A program made the position numbers and the translations under genes. DNA of 32,000 nucleotides from positions 30,001 to 62,000 of the forward strand of contig FP565575.1 of assembly GCA_000091165.1 (NCBI GenBank), given 5' to 3'. The DNA is from Candidatus Methylomirabilis oxygeniifera (GTDB taxonomy: Bacteria > Methylomirabilota > Methylomirabilia > Methylomirabilales > Methylomirabilaceae). Below, in pieces: positions 16,945-26,052 of this stretch. Position 1 is the first letter of the stretch, and each line of letters starts with the position of its first letter. The notes under the pieces were generated by a model that saw only the letters and a program-made list of their open reading frames with translations, was not told the origin of the DNA and ran no database searches.

Positions 16945-18012
16945 GTGAAAAGCGGCAAGACGTGGATCGCTCTCGTTACACTGAGTGCCCTCTTGGCCAC
17001 CGCTATGCCGGCCTTGGCGAGGTCTCCGCGTCCCGCGAGGAGTCGGGAAGATCTCACCCTCCCATCGACATCCCGACTCTCCGTGCAGGACACGCAGGCA
17101 AATCGCGCGCAGATAGATCGCCCGTTAGACGTGCCCGTGTCGACACGACAGACAGCTCGCTGGGGTGTTCCATCTGATCTCAACTGGTTTGTGAACGATC
17201 CTGAGGCGCTAAGCGCATCGTCAGCGCTGTTGATGGATGCCGATACAGGCGCGATACTGTTTGCCAGGCATCATATGGAGCGGCGCTCTCCGGCCAGCAC
17301 GACAAAGATCATGACGGCGCTTCTCATTCTGGAGGAAGGGCAACTCGACGACAAAGTGCTGATCAGTGAGCGGGCGGCCGCCGTGTCGGGAACCGGATTG
17401 GGACTGAGGCGCGGCCAGCGGGTTGTGCTTAGAGACCTGTTGTGGGCGATCCTGCTCAAATCCGCGAATGATGCCGCGTTGGCGGCAGCCGAGCACGTCG
17501 GAGGAAGCGAAGAGCAATTTGTTGCCCGAATGAATGCGAAGGCGGCTTCTCTTGGAATGCAGGGAACGCAGTTCAGCAATCCTCACGGACTGGACCACCA
17601 GGACCACTACTCGACCGCCTTCGACCTGGCGATCCTTGCCCGTCAGGCCCTGCGTAATCCGACATTCGCCCGTATGGTGCAAACCCGTGAAGCTCAAGTC
17701 GCTATCCTGACGGGGCGGAACGGAAGCGTCGTGAAGCGGAGGGTGATCCGAACTCACAATCAGCTTCTCGGACAGTTCTCCGGTGCGGATGGCGTCAAGA
17801 CCGGGTACACCTCGCTGGCAGGTCGCTGCCTTGTGGCGTCAGCGACGCGTGGCGACCATCAACTGATCGCTGTGCTCCTCAACGACTCTCGGCGGTGGGT
17901 TGAGGCCGCAGCGCTGCTGGAATACGGTTTCGCCGCTCTTGGCGGGCGGGTGTCCAGCGTTGGGGTTTCCAATGGGGGCTCCGTCGATATGCTAAAAGGC
18001 GAGGGGGGCTGA
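16945..18012 (+). CDS. Serine-type D-Ala-D-Ala carboxypeptidase (peptidase S11, PBP5/6-like)
   Basis: GTG start with AAGGAGGA RBS and a signal peptide (ALVTLSALLATAMPALA). Has the SxxK (SPASTTKIM), SxN (SAND) and KTG (KTGYT) motifs. Confidence 0.9.
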   Translation: MKSGKTWIALVTLSALLATAMPALARSPRPARSREDLTLPSTSRLSVQDTQANRAQIDRPLDVPVSTRQTARWGVPSDLNWFVNDPEALSASSALLMDADTGAILFARHHMERRSPASTTKIMTALLILEEGQLDDKVLISERAAAVSGTGLGLRRGQRVVLRDLLWAILLKSANDAALAAAEHVGGSEEQFVARMNAKAASLGMQGTQFSNPHGLDHQDHYSTAFDLAILARQALRNPTFARMVQTREAQVAILTGRNGSVVKRRVIRTHNQLLGQFSGADGVKTGYTSLAGRCLVASATRGDHQLIAVLLNDSRRWVEAAALLEYGFAALGGRVSSVGVSNGGSVDMLKGEGG

Positions 18013-18053
18013 TACCGCCTTCTCGTTGTTTGTCTGCAACTCCTCTGATCTCA

Positions 18054-18176
18054 GGGTTTAGGGTATAGGGTGTAGGGTATAGGACAAAGCAACCCTAAAT
18101 ATCACTACTTCCTCAACCCTGGATCCTTAGCCCTCCATCGTGATCCCTACACCCTATACCCTACACCCGACACCCT
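18054..18176. repeat. Inverted pair of heptad arrays (locus 3)
   Basis: G-arm 18054-18083 is GGGTTTAGGGTATAGGGTGTAGGGTATAGG. C-arm 18145-18176 is CCCTACACCCTATACCCTACACCCGACACCCT. The spacer holds further CCC tracts, including CCCTAAA at 18093-18099. Confidence 0.9.
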
Positions 18177-18206
18177 GCGCCGATACGCTGAGGGGGGCAT
18201 TTGATA

Positions 18207-19346
18207 ATGACCAGTACCGACAGATGCCTTGCCGAGCAAGATGCCTGGCTGGCGCTCGCTCTGATTCCAGAGGTTGGCTCAGCGACGTTTTATCGCCTGA
18301 GGGAGGCGCTTGGTTCAGTGGAGGCCGTACTCAGAGCAAACAAAGAGGCGCTCGCGCAGGTTCCAGGTATCAGTCGACAGGTTGCGCAAGCCATTGCCTC
18401 CTTTCCGTGGCGGGATACCCTTGATCGGGAACTGCGAGTCATCGAGACGAGAGGTCTTGGTCTGAGACGGTTTGGTGAGGAGGGATATCCCGAGCTGCTG
18501 GCGGCCATCCATTCCCCCCCGCCGGTCCTCTATCTGCGAGGTACGATGAGATCGGAGGATCGGACGGCTGTGGCCATTGTCGGTTCCCGAACGGCGAGTC
18601 CGTATGGCGCCGAGATAGCTGAGCGGATCAGCGGGGAACTCGCGCAGCGCGGGGTGACAATTGTCAGCGGAATGGCCCGCGGGATTGATGCGGCAGCGCA
18701 TCGAGGGGCACTGCGAGTCGGCGGCCGGACCCTCGCCGTGCTGGGGTGCGGATTAGGGGTGACCTACCCCCCGGAGCACGCAGAGCTCGCCGACCAGATT
18801 GCGGTACAGGGCGCCGTGATCAGTGAGTTCTCAATCTTTACGCCGCCAAAGCCGAGCCACTTCCCGCGGCGTAACCGGATCATCAGCGGCCTGGCGCGCG
18901 GTGTCGTTGTGATTGAAGCCGGGCTTGACAGCGGGGCATTGATTACCGCAAATTACGCGCTTGAACAGGGACGCGACGTCTTCGCGGTTCCCGGGCAGGT
19001 AACATCGCGCCTCAGTCGCGGGTGCCACCAGCTTATCAAAGCAGGCGCGAAACTGACGGAGGGCTGGGAGGATATCTGGGAGGACGTTGAGCTACAGGTG
19101 GCTCCTAGCGCGCAGACCATGCTGGATCTGACCGCCGCGAGGAGTCCGCTTGAGCCGCAAGAGGTGCTGATTATCGATACCCTTGAGGCCGGACCGATGC
19201 AGATTGATGACCTGATCGCCCGGACTCAGCTTCCGGCAGGACAGATGGCCTCACTGCTGCTATCATTGATGCTCAAGGGCCTGATTGAGGAGCTACCCGG
19301 CAAAAGTTTTGCGAAACGAATTCGACCGACGAAAGGCAGGGTATAG
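18207..19346 (+). CDS. dprA: DNA-processing protein DprA (Smf)
   Basis: Contains SGMARGIDAAAHRGAL, FPRRNRIISGL, and a C-terminal winged-helix-like tail. ATG 18207 follows GAGGGGGG; the track uses TTG 18201. Confidence 0.9.
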   Translation: MTSTDRCLAEQDAWLALALIPEVGSATFYRLREALGSVEAVLRANKEALAQVPGISRQVAQAIASFPWRDTLDRELRVIETRGLGLRRFGEEGYPELLAAIHSPPPVLYLRGTMRSEDRTAVAIVGSRTASPYGAEIAERISGELAQRGVTIVSGMARGIDAAAHRGALRVGGRTLAVLGCGLGVTYPPEHAELADQIAVQGAVISEFSIFTPPKPSHFPRRNRIISGLARGVVVIEAGLDSGALITANYALEQGRDVFAVPGQVTSRLSRGCHQLIKAGAKLTEGWEDIWEDVELQVAPSAQTMLDLTAARSPLEPQEVLIIDTLEAGPMQIDDLIARTQLPAGQMASLLLSLMLKGLIEELPGKSFAKRIRPTKGRV

Positions 19347-19409
19347 GGTTGGGAGGGGCAAGGGGTTGTACTGGTAATCCTTTACCCCGAACTCTGGACC
19401 CTATACCCT
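19339..19409. repeat. Heptad-array element (locus 4) overlapping the dprA stop codon
   Basis: G-arm 19339-19366 is GGGTATAGGGTTGGGAGGGGCAAGGGGT; the dprA TAG at 19344-19346 lies inside the first heptad. The degenerate C-arm at 19384-19409 is TACCCCGAACTCTGGACCCTATACCCT. Confidence 0.8.
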
Positions 19410-19437
19410 AGTTCTTTAGAGGGAGGAAACAGAGGGC

Positions 19438-21915
19438 GTGCCAAAGTCATTGGTAGTTGTCGAGTCGCCTGCAAAGGCCAAAACGATCGAGAAATATCTC
19501 GGTAAGGGGTTCGTCGTCACGGCCTCGATGGGCCATGTTCGCGATCTGCCGGCTAAGTCGCTGAGTATTGACATCGCGCACGACTTCGCCCCGCAGTACG
19601 AGATTATCGCGGGGCGAGAGAAGGTGATGTCGGCGTTGAGGAAGGCGGCCAAGACCGCCGACGCCATCTATCTTGCGGCCGATCCGGATCGGGAGGGAGA
19701 GGCCATCTGCTGGCACCTTCAGCAGGAGCTCGACGCCGCCAAAAAACCGGTCCATCGCGTGACCTTCGACGAGATCACGAAGCGCGCGGTGCGAGAGGCG
19801 TTCGATCATCCGTCTACCATAGACCAGCGGCTCGTCGATGCTCAGCAGGCCAGACGAATTCTGGATCGTCTGGTCGGATACCAGATCAGTCCGCTCCTCT
19901 GGGATAAGGTCAAGCGCGGGCTGTCCGCCGGGCGGGTCCAGTCGGTCGCGCTGCGTCTCATCGCGGATCGGGAACGGGAGATCAAGGCGTTCGTCAAGAC
20001 CGAGTACTGGTCGGTCGATGTGGCCTTGGAAGGCCGAACGCCTCCGTCATTGAGGGCGGGGTTGTACAAGATCGACGGCGGGCGGGTGAGCCTGCCGGAC
20101 CAGGCGCAGACCGATCAGGTTGTTCGAGAGCTGAGGGAGCAAGAGTTCCGGATCACCGACCTGACCAGGAAGGAAAAGCGTCGCAATCCGGTCCCGCCGT
20201 TTACGACCAGTAAGCTGCAACAGGAAGCCGTTCGAAAGCTTCGCTTCACGGCCAGACGGGCGATGCAGATCGCCCAGCAACTCTACGAAGGGATCGAGGT
20301 CGGCGAGGAAGGCGCCGTAGGGCTGATCACCTATATGCGGACCGACTCGGTTCGTGTCTCTCAGGAAGCCCAGGCGGAAGCGGCCCGCTATATCGCTGAG
20401 CGATTCGGGCAGCCGTTTGTGCCGGATCGACCGCCTGCCTATCGCAGCGGCCGCGGCGCCCAGGAGGCCCACGAAGCGATCCGCCCGACCTCAGTGTACC
20501 GGGATCCGGTATCGCTTCGACAGTTTCTGACGAAGGATCAACTGGCCCTCTACACCCTGATCTGGAGCCGATTCGTGGCGTCTCAGATGCCGCCGGCCCT
20601 CTACGACGTCACCACTGTGACGATCCAGGGCGGGCGATTCACGCTGCGGGCCGGCGGTCGACACCAGCGGTTCGCCGGTTTTATGCAGGTCTATATCGAG
20701 GGGAGGGATGAGGCGCCGGAGACCAAGCCGACCGAGGCCAAGGACGAAACGGCCGAGGAGACGGCCGTTGAGGAAGAGGCCGAATTAACGCTCCCCCCTC
20801 TCGAGGTCGGGGACCCGTTGCGGCTGCTTGATGTGACCCCGGCTCAGCACTTTACGCAGCCTCCGCCACGCTTCACCGAGGCGACACTGGTGAAGGAGCT
20901 GGAGGAGCGGGGGATCGGACGCCCCAGCACCTATGCGGCCATCCTGAGCGTCATTCAGAACCGCGACTATGTGGTGAAGGCGCAGGGTAAATTCCGACCC
21001 ACGGAGCTGGGCGGGATCGTCGTGGACCTGCTGGTGGAAAGCTTCCCTCGCGTGATGGACTACGAGTTTACGGCCAGGATGGAGACGACCCTGGATGAGA
21101 TCGAAGAGGGACAGAAGAACTGGCTTGAGGAGATGCGTCGCTTCTATGAGCCGTTTTCCCAGTGGGTAAAAGAGGCCGCCGTCGGTATGCGGAATATCAA
21201 GGCGATGGAGGAAAAGACTGAGGAGATCTGCGAGCGGTGCGGCAGTGGAATGGTGATCCGCTGGGGCCGGTTCGGCCGCTTCCTGGCCTGTACCAATTAC
21301 CCGGAGTGTAAGGGCACGCGCGAGTTGACGGCCGAACTGAAAGGAGAGCATGGGACGGATGAGGACACCGACGTCTCCGCTGAGGCTGTCACGGCGCCTT
21401 GCGAGAACTGCGGACGGCCTATGGTGATGAAGCGCGGCCGGTTTGGACCCTTCCTGGGTTGTTCCGGATACCCTGAGTGCAAGACGATCCGGAAGCTCTC
21501 GCAGGCGGAGGCGGCGAGTGCGCGGCCTGCGCCGCAGCCGACCGACGAGGTCTGCGAAAAGTGTGGTAGTCCGATGGTGTTGCGGGAGGGTCGATTTGGC
21601 CGCTTCCTGTCCTGCTCCACCTATCCTACCTGCAAGCATATTAAGCCTATTGCGATCGGGGTCAAGTGCCCGCAATGCGGGAGCCCTCTGTCGGAGCGAC
21701 GCACCAAACGGGGCCGGGTCTTCTATGGGTGTACGGCGTATCCTAAATGCGCCTTTGCCATCTGGGATCGTCCGATCCAGGAACCTTGCCCGCAATGTGG
21801 GGCCGCCTTTCTGGTGGAGAAGAAACTGAAAGGCGGCGGGGTCTCGATCCGTTGTCATGCGGAAGGCTGTGCCTACGCGCGGGAGGCCGATACGACAGTA
21901 CAGGCGAACGCGTGA
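19438..21915 (+). CDS. topA: DNA topoisomerase I (type IA) with five C-terminal zinc-ribbon repeats
   Basis: GTG start with GGGAGG RBS. Toprim N-terminus [17 protein letters not shown] and active-site Tyr in ITYMRTDS. Has repeated CxxCG...GRFG.F..C..YP.C modules. Confidence 0.97.
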   Translation: MPKSLVVVESPAKAKTIEKYLGKGFVVTASMGHVRDLPAKSLSIDIAHDFAPQYEIIAGREKVMSALRKAAKTADAIYLAADPDREGEAICWHLQQELDAAKKPVHRVTFDEITKRAVREAFDHPSTIDQRLVDAQQARRILDRLVGYQISPLLWDKVKRGLSAGRVQSVALRLIADREREIKAFVKTEYWSVDVALEGRTPPSLRAGLYKIDGGRVSLPDQAQTDQVVRELREQEFRITDLTRKEKRRNPVPPFTTSKLQQEAVRKLRFTARRAMQIAQQLYEGIEVGEEGAVGLITYMRTDSVRVSQEAQAEAARYIAERFGQPFVPDRPPAYRSGRGAQEAHEAIRPTSVYRDPVSLRQFLTKDQLALYTLIWSRFVASQMPPALYDVTTVTIQGGRFTLRAGGRHQRFAGFMQVYIEGRDEAPETKPTEAKDETAEETAVEEEAELTLPPLEVGDPLRLLDVTPAQHFTQPPPRFTEATLVKELEERGIGRPSTYAAILSVIQNRDYVVKAQGKFRPTELGGIVVDLLVESFPRVMDYEFTARMETTLDEIEEGQKNWLEEMRRFYEPFSQWVKEAAVGMRNIKAMEEKTEEICERCGSGMVIRWGRFGRFLACTNYPECKGTRELTAELKGEHGTDEDTDVSAEAVTAPCENCGRPMVMKRGRFGPFLGCSGYPECKTIRKLSQAEAASARPAPQPTDEVCEKCGSPMVLREGRFGRFLSCSTYPTCKHIKPIAIGVKCPQCGSPLSERRTKRGRVFYGCTAYPKCAFAIWDRPIQEPCPQCGAAFLVEKKLKGGGVSIRCHAEGCAYAREADTTVQANA

Positions 21916-23243
21916 CAGAGATTGTTGTAGTTGGCGGAGGCTTGGCCGGAAGCGAAGCGGCCTGGCAGGCGGCGGAGCGGGGCGCCCATGTTCGCCTCTA
22001 CGAGATGCGTCCGGCCTACCCCACACCCGCCCACAGGACCGACCGATTAGCCGAACTGGTCTGCAGCAACTCCCTGAAGTCGGATTCGCCGGACGATTGC
22101 CACGGCCTGTTAAAGCGGGAACTGACCGCGTATGGGTCGGTAATTATGACCGCCGCCCGGGCGCACGCCGTCCCAGCGGGATCGGCGCTGGCCGTTGATC
22201 GTGACGCCTTCGCCGCCGAGGTGACTGCCAGGCTTGCGCACCACCCGCGCATTACTATTGTTCGGGACGAGGTCAAGGCCATACCGGAAGAGAGGCCGGT
22301 GATTATTGCTACCGGTCCGTTGACCTCCGAGCGGCTGGCCGGCGCGCTGCGCGATCGATTCGTGAACTATCCGGCATCGGTAGACTCGTCCGTCGATACG
22401 CAGGATCTGCTCTATTTCTATGACGCCATCTCACCCATCATCGCTGGGGATACTATTGACCGGACCGTGACGTTTGCCGCCTCTCGCTACGACAAGGGAG
22501 GGGACGATTATCTGAATTGTCCGATGACCCGGGAGGAGTATCGCCTCTTTTGGCAGTCAATCAGGACGGCGGAGTTGGCGCCGATCCACTCGTTCGAGGA
22601 GGCGCGATATTTTGAAGGGTGTCTCCCGATCGAGGTGTTGGCGGCTCGGGGCGAGGATGCCTTGCGGTTCGGACCGATGAAACCGGTAGGCCTGATCGAT
22701 CCCAGGACCGGACGTCGGCCCTGCGCCGTCGTACAACTCCGACTGGAGAACCGGGAAGGGACGATGTACAATATAGTGGGGTTTCAGACCCGCCTGAAGT
22801 GGGGCGAGCAGCACCGGATCCTCCGAACGATTCCCGGGCTGGGCGGCGCCGAATTCCTCAGATATGGCTCGATCCACCGCAATACCTTTATCAATGCACC
22901 GACACTACTCCGGGAGACGATGCAGTTGAAAGGCGACCCAGGGATCTTGCTGGCCGGGCAGCTTACCGGCGTGGAGGGATACCTGGAATCGGCCGGGAGC
23001 GGCTTGTTGGCCGGGATCAACGCGGTCAAACTCGTACACGGCGAGACACCGGTCGTGCTGCCGCCGACGACAGCCCTCGGGTCCCTCATCCGTCACATCT
23101 GCCACGCGGACGCCCTCACCTTCCAGCCGATGAACGTCAACTTCGGCCTCCTCCCGCCGCTCGACCAGCTGATCCGCGCCAAGCGCGACCGGCGCCAGGC
23201 CCTTGCCGCCCGAGCCCTCCGTAACCTGCCTGATCTCGCATGA
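21912..23243 (+). CDS. trmFO: Methylenetetrahydrofolate--tRNA-(uracil-5-)-methyltransferase TrmFO (Gid)
   Basis: GTG 21912 overlaps the topA stop as GTGA. FAD fold [21 protein letters not shown]. Contains [20 protein letters not shown]. The track N-terminal extension from 21747 lies inside topA. Confidence 0.93.
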   Translation: MTEIVVVGGGLAGSEAAWQAAERGAHVRLYEMRPAYPTPAHRTDRLAELVCSNSLKSDSPDDCHGLLKRELTAYGSVIMTAARAHAVPAGSALAVDRDAFAAEVTARLAHHPRITIVRDEVKAIPEERPVIIATGPLTSERLAGALRDRFVNYPASVDSSVDTQDLLYFYDAISPIIAGDTIDRTVTFAASRYDKGGDDYLNCPMTREEYRLFWQSIRTAELAPIHSFEEARYFEGCLPIEVLAARGEDALRFGPMKPVGLIDPRTGRRPCAVVQLRLENREGTMYNIVGFQTRLKWGEQHRILRTIPGLGGAEFLRYGSIHRNTFINAPTLLRETMQLKGDPGILLAGQLTGVEGYLESAGSGLLAGINAVKLVHGETPVVLPPTTALGSLIRHICHADALTFQPMNVNFGLLPPLDQLIRAKRDRRQALAARALRNLPDLA

Positions 23244-23305
23244 CGAACTAAAACAGAATGTTCACACCATACCTTTGTCTTGATGTTGGAATCCACCTCA
23301 CCGCT

Positions 23306-23722
23306 TCAGGACATACCTTTGACGTGCTCGATCGCCTTGAGAAACCCGCCGACGCCGACAATTTGTGGTGTCGTGAAGTTGTGCGGGAAGTCTTTTCTGT
23401 TTTTTGTCACTATGTAATCAGCCCTGCCGGCAAGCGCCGCTTCAAGGAACTTTTCGTCATCCCGGTCTTTACACAGACCGCTCGTGGCCACTGGTTGCAC
23501 TTTTACCGCCCTCTCGAATATTAACTCCAGCAATTCCTCGGATTTGTGGGCCGGAATGGCATTGTCAAATACATGGATCACGTCCACATATTCACGAAAC
23601 ACCGCGCGAGATATCACCAGATCGAAGTCGCCGTCCCGAAACCGCCCGATAATCCTGGCCGATCCGCCGTTACCGTTGAGGAGACCCGCAAGCAAGACAT
23701 TGGTGTCGATGACCGCCCTCAC
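23306..23722 (-). CDS. PIN-domain toxin (VapC-like)
   Basis: GTG start overlaps the antitoxin stop as GTGA. Contains AVIDTNVLL, DRDDEKFLEAA and YIVTKNRKDF, the acidic PIN residues in the expected order. Confidence 0.85.
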   Translation of the reverse strand: MRAVIDTNVLLAGLLNGNGGSARIIGRFRDGDFDLVISRAVFREYVDVIHVFDNAIPAHKSEELLELIFERAVKVQPVATSGLCKDRDDEKFLEAALAGRADYIVTKNRKDFPHNFTTPQIVGVGGFLKAIEHVKGMS

Positions 23723-23994
23723 ATGCGCGTCCCCTGCCGGACTTTCTTCACCGCCTTATCGATGTCTTTCTCTGTGATGCCGGCGTGTGCTGCCGCATTG
23801 CGAACTGCGCTCAAGGCATCGTCGAATCTCTTATCCCAATCTACCCCTCTGTCGCTCACCCGCTTGGGCACGATGACAATCACGTTGTCCTGGTAGCGAA
23901 TATCCACGTAATCCCCTTCTTCAATGTGGGCCTTGCGCCGTACGGCGGCTGGGATGGTGACCTGAGCGAATTTTTTGACCTTGACCATCGACAT
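23719..23994 (-). CDS. AbrB/MazE/SpoVT-family antitoxin
   Basis: MSMVKVKKFAQVTIPAAVRRKAHIEEGDYVDIRYQDNVIVIVPK is a swapped-hairpin AbrB-type DNA-binding domain. AGGAGGT RBS is present. Confidence 0.8.
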   Translation of the reverse strand: MSMVKVKKFAQVTIPAAVRRKAHIEEGDYVDIRYQDNVIVIVPKRVSDRGVDWDKRFDDALSAVRNAAAHAGITEKDIDKAVKKVRQGTRM

Positions 23995-24017
23995 GGATGT
24001 ACCTCCTTCTCTAAAAT

Positions 24018-24040
24018 TATAATAAACGAAAGTTATTATA
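24018..24040 (-). promoter_or_regulatory. Candidate TA promoter/operator: 8-bp inverted repeat TATAATAA-7 nt-TTATTATA
   Basis: Arms at 24018-24025 and 24033-24040. On the minus strand, TATAAT (24040 to 24035) lies about 40 nt upstream of the antitoxin ATG. Autoregulatory operators of this form are typical for type II TA systems. Confidence 0.4.
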
Positions 24041-24076
24041 TCGTGAGAACGGTGTCAAGCAATTCGGGAGAGCGCC

Positions 24077-24116
24077 AAAAAACAGTGGGCGTCAGGCCTT
24101 GGCCGCCTGCGCCCAC
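24077..24116 (-). terminator. Rho-independent terminator-like hairpin followed by T6 (minus strand)
   Basis: The minus strand reads GTGGGCGCAGGCGGCCAAGGCCTGACGCCCAC TG TTTTTT. The stem is 7+5 bp with one bulge (24085-24116) and the T-run is at 24077-24082. It sits between the IS remnant and the TA promoter. Confidence 0.6.
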
Positions 24117-24133
24117 CGCGACTTACCTGGCCT

Positions 24134-24178
24134 GACGTGAACAGTGTGGGGATCCAAAAGCCCCACACTGTTCACGTC
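24134..24178. repeat. Perfect 18-bp stem hairpin GACGTGAACAGTGTGGGG-9 nt-CCCCACACTGTTCACGTC
   Basis: Arms at 24134-24151 and 24161-24178. No U-tract on either strand. Function unknown. Confidence 0.9.
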
Positions 24179-24373
24179 TCTGGCAATCTCACAGCGCTGG
24201 TTGGGCAGGACGAGAGTGTTTCGTTTCACTCGCAATGACGAACCGTATCGCATTTCTCAGAAAGGTGATTTTTCTTGACAGGGGATAGGGGGAATTAGTA
24301 AGAAGAGTCCTCACTTTGCGTAAACTTTGTGGTCTTACACTGAGAGGTCTTGTCGAGAGGTGTGCAAAAGAAG

Positions 24374-24878
24374 TCAGGCGGCAACCTCCCCGGCTCGCTC
24401 CATGACGCGCACTCCATTGACGAACGTAACGCCGTGAGCGACCTCCTGCAACAACTCCGCGGCGTTCAGTCGGCGAAATCGCTGTCAGGCCACCAGCAGC
24501 ATCTTCCAGAGAACCGCGGTGGCATTCTCCACCTTCTTGAAGCGTTTCGCCGCATCGGTCCTGAGCCGCAAGGCGGCAAAGGGCGACTCGATCGGATTAC
24601 TGGTCCGCAGGTGCACCCAGTGCTCCTTGGAAAGCTGGTAGAAGGTCAGCATCCGCTCCCAGTCCCGATCGAGCCGCCGGCGCACCGATAGACTGGAGCG
24701 GTCTGGACCACCTGCCTACGGACTGAAGAACGAATTGGACCGGCCCATGGATGCAGGCGACGCGAGATTGATCGATCTGCGCGATCATCGTTGCCAGAAA
24801 TTGCTCGATGATTTTATCTGCCTCTACGATCGAACCTTCACGGATCCCACGGAACGGGAGGATCCTAGTCAGTGGCAT
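24374..24878 (-). mobile_element. IS256-family (Mutator-like) transposase, C-terminal remnant, decayed
   Basis: 24485..24685 reads DWERMLTFYQLSKEHWVHLRTSNPIESPFAALRLRT...LWKMLLVA. After an in-frame TGA (24485-24487) the same frame continues QRFRRLNAAELLQEVAHGVTFVNGVRV... to 24374. An upstream piece (IVEADKIIEQFLAT...RVACI) is in another frame. The N-terminal two thirds, including the catalytic core, are absent. Confidence 0.75.
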
Positions 24879-24994
24879 GATCGGTTGTGCCCTTCACTCG
24901 CCTGATTGCCCGACTCTTCCATGCTCTTGTCGGCGGGTGTTGGCTTATCTGGCTTAGTCGGTTTCATCGCCACGCTTAGGGCTACTGGCGAGGC

Positions 24995-25633
24995 GTGCTC
25001 CTGCGGGCGGGGGGTGCGTTTCTCATCCTGGCCCTGCTGTGGATAGTGCTTGCGTCTCTGTATACGCAGCTCTTGGCCGCGTTCGCCCGTCCCCTGATCC
25101 CCTCGATCGAATCCTCGCCTGGTACCCGCTACCTCGTGGAGGGGACCCGGATCATCGCACAGCGTCCGCTCATGCGGCAAACGATCACGAATGTGACGAC
25201 GAGCCGTACGCCCCTGCATGAGACCTCCGCCGACTATCCCATCGCGCTGCTGGCCGCGCTCGTGCTTGCGACACCAGGCTGGTCGCTCACGCGACGGGGC
25301 CGGGTCTTGGCTGTGACTGTGGGCCTGCTCATCCTGACCCAATTCCTCTCGTTCCTCATCAATATCGAGTACACGAAGCTGTGGCCACAGAAGACCGCCG
25401 TCGGCCTCGTCGTCTCGACCGATTACTCGAAGGCGAAGATGATTCTGTTCGATTGGCTGTATGCCTTCTCAGAGTTTATGGGCCGCGGCTTCTTTGCGCT
25501 GTTGCTGTACTTCGGAGCGATTACCCTGGTCTGGGGCCGCCCGGAGGACCGGATACTCGACGCTACGGTCGGAAGGAACGCGCCCTGCCCCTGTGGGAGC
25601 GGGCTGAAGGCTAAGCGATGCTGCGGAGGGTAA
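24995..25633 (+). CDS. Multi-TM membrane protein with C-terminal SEC-C zinc-binding motif
   Basis: GTG is the only start in the open frame. About 4 hydrophobic helices (AFLILALLWIVLASLY, YPIALLAALVLA, VLAVTVGLLILTQFLSFLI, FFALLLYFGAITLVW). The tail GRNAPCPCGSGLKAKRCCGG is a SEC-C motif. The core family is not recognised. Confidence 0.65.
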   Translation: MLLRAGGAFLILALLWIVLASLYTQLLAAFARPLIPSIESSPGTRYLVEGTRIIAQRPLMRQTITNVTTSRTPLHETSADYPIALLAALVLATPGWSLTRRGRVLAVTVGLLILTQFLSFLINIEYTKLWPQKTAVGLVVSTDYSKAKMILFDWLYAFSEFMGRGFFALLLYFGAITLVWGRPEDRILDATVGRNAPCPCGSGLKAKRCCGG

Positions 25634-25815
25634 GCAAGGGGGGAGGCGGGACGTTGGTGGCGGTCATTCAATCCGACCTCGGTGCCTCTGGCGCGGGCCC
25701 TCGGTCGGTTCATTCTGCGTTCGGTTGCAGAGCTGGCTCGTCGACAGAAAGGTGTGGTAGAATAGAACCATAATACAGAAGATCGTCAAGAAATTTCACT
25801 TGCAAGACCGTGCGT

Positions 25816-25884
25816 ATTCCGATTAATCTTGCCACTGATTCCGATTTGAATATTGCCATCGATTCCGATCCAAAAATGCCACCC
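25816..25884. repeat. Three tandem iteron-like units ATTCCGAT-N6-8-TGCCA (22-24 bp period)
   Basis: Units start at 25816, 25838 and 25862: ATTCCGATTAATCTTGCCAC, ATTCCGATTTGAATATTGCCAT, ATTCCGATCCAAAAATGCCAC. They lie in the AT-richer non-coding stretch between the SEC-C gene and the IPTL-CTERM ORF. Confidence 0.7.
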
Positions 25885-26052
25885 AACCAATACTCCACTT
25901 GATCGCAATCGTTTATGATGCGGATCTTTCCATTTTGCCTCCTGGCCGCTGATAGCTGCAAGCTTTTTCGCTTGACAGGTCCGGGAGGGACGTAGTTCAC
26001 ACCACCGCGAGTCAGGGACCGGCGCACTACGCAAGGGAAACGGTACGATGAC

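Noticed and set aside
20785-22026. 413-aa minus-strand ORF opposite topA/trmFO
   Set aside because: It is antisense to an unmistakable topoisomerase I. The translation is Arg/Pro/Leu-rich with no motifs.
23255-23275. TGTTCAC shared between the trmFO-proximal flank and the 18-bp hairpin at 24134-24178, as possible TA-cassette terminal repeats
   Set aside because: Only about 7 nt are shared, well within chance expectation.
24350-24691. 113-aa plus-strand ORF
   Set aside because: It is antisense to the IS256 transposase remnant, whose translation matches the family closely.
24869-25342. 157-aa minus-strand ORF
   Set aside because: It is antisense to the SEC-C membrane protein gene. The translation is charged and low-complexity, with no RBS.
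25654-25773. 39-codon ORF (TTG start) with a very good SD (GGGAGG, 7-nt spacing) right after the SEC-C gene
   Set aside because: The product (MVAVIQSDLGASGAGPRSVHSAFGCRAGSSTERCGRIEP) has no hydrophobic or recognisable features. Third-position GC (about half) is well below that of neighbouring genes, and the SD may be incidental G-rich sequence. I kept it only as a note.
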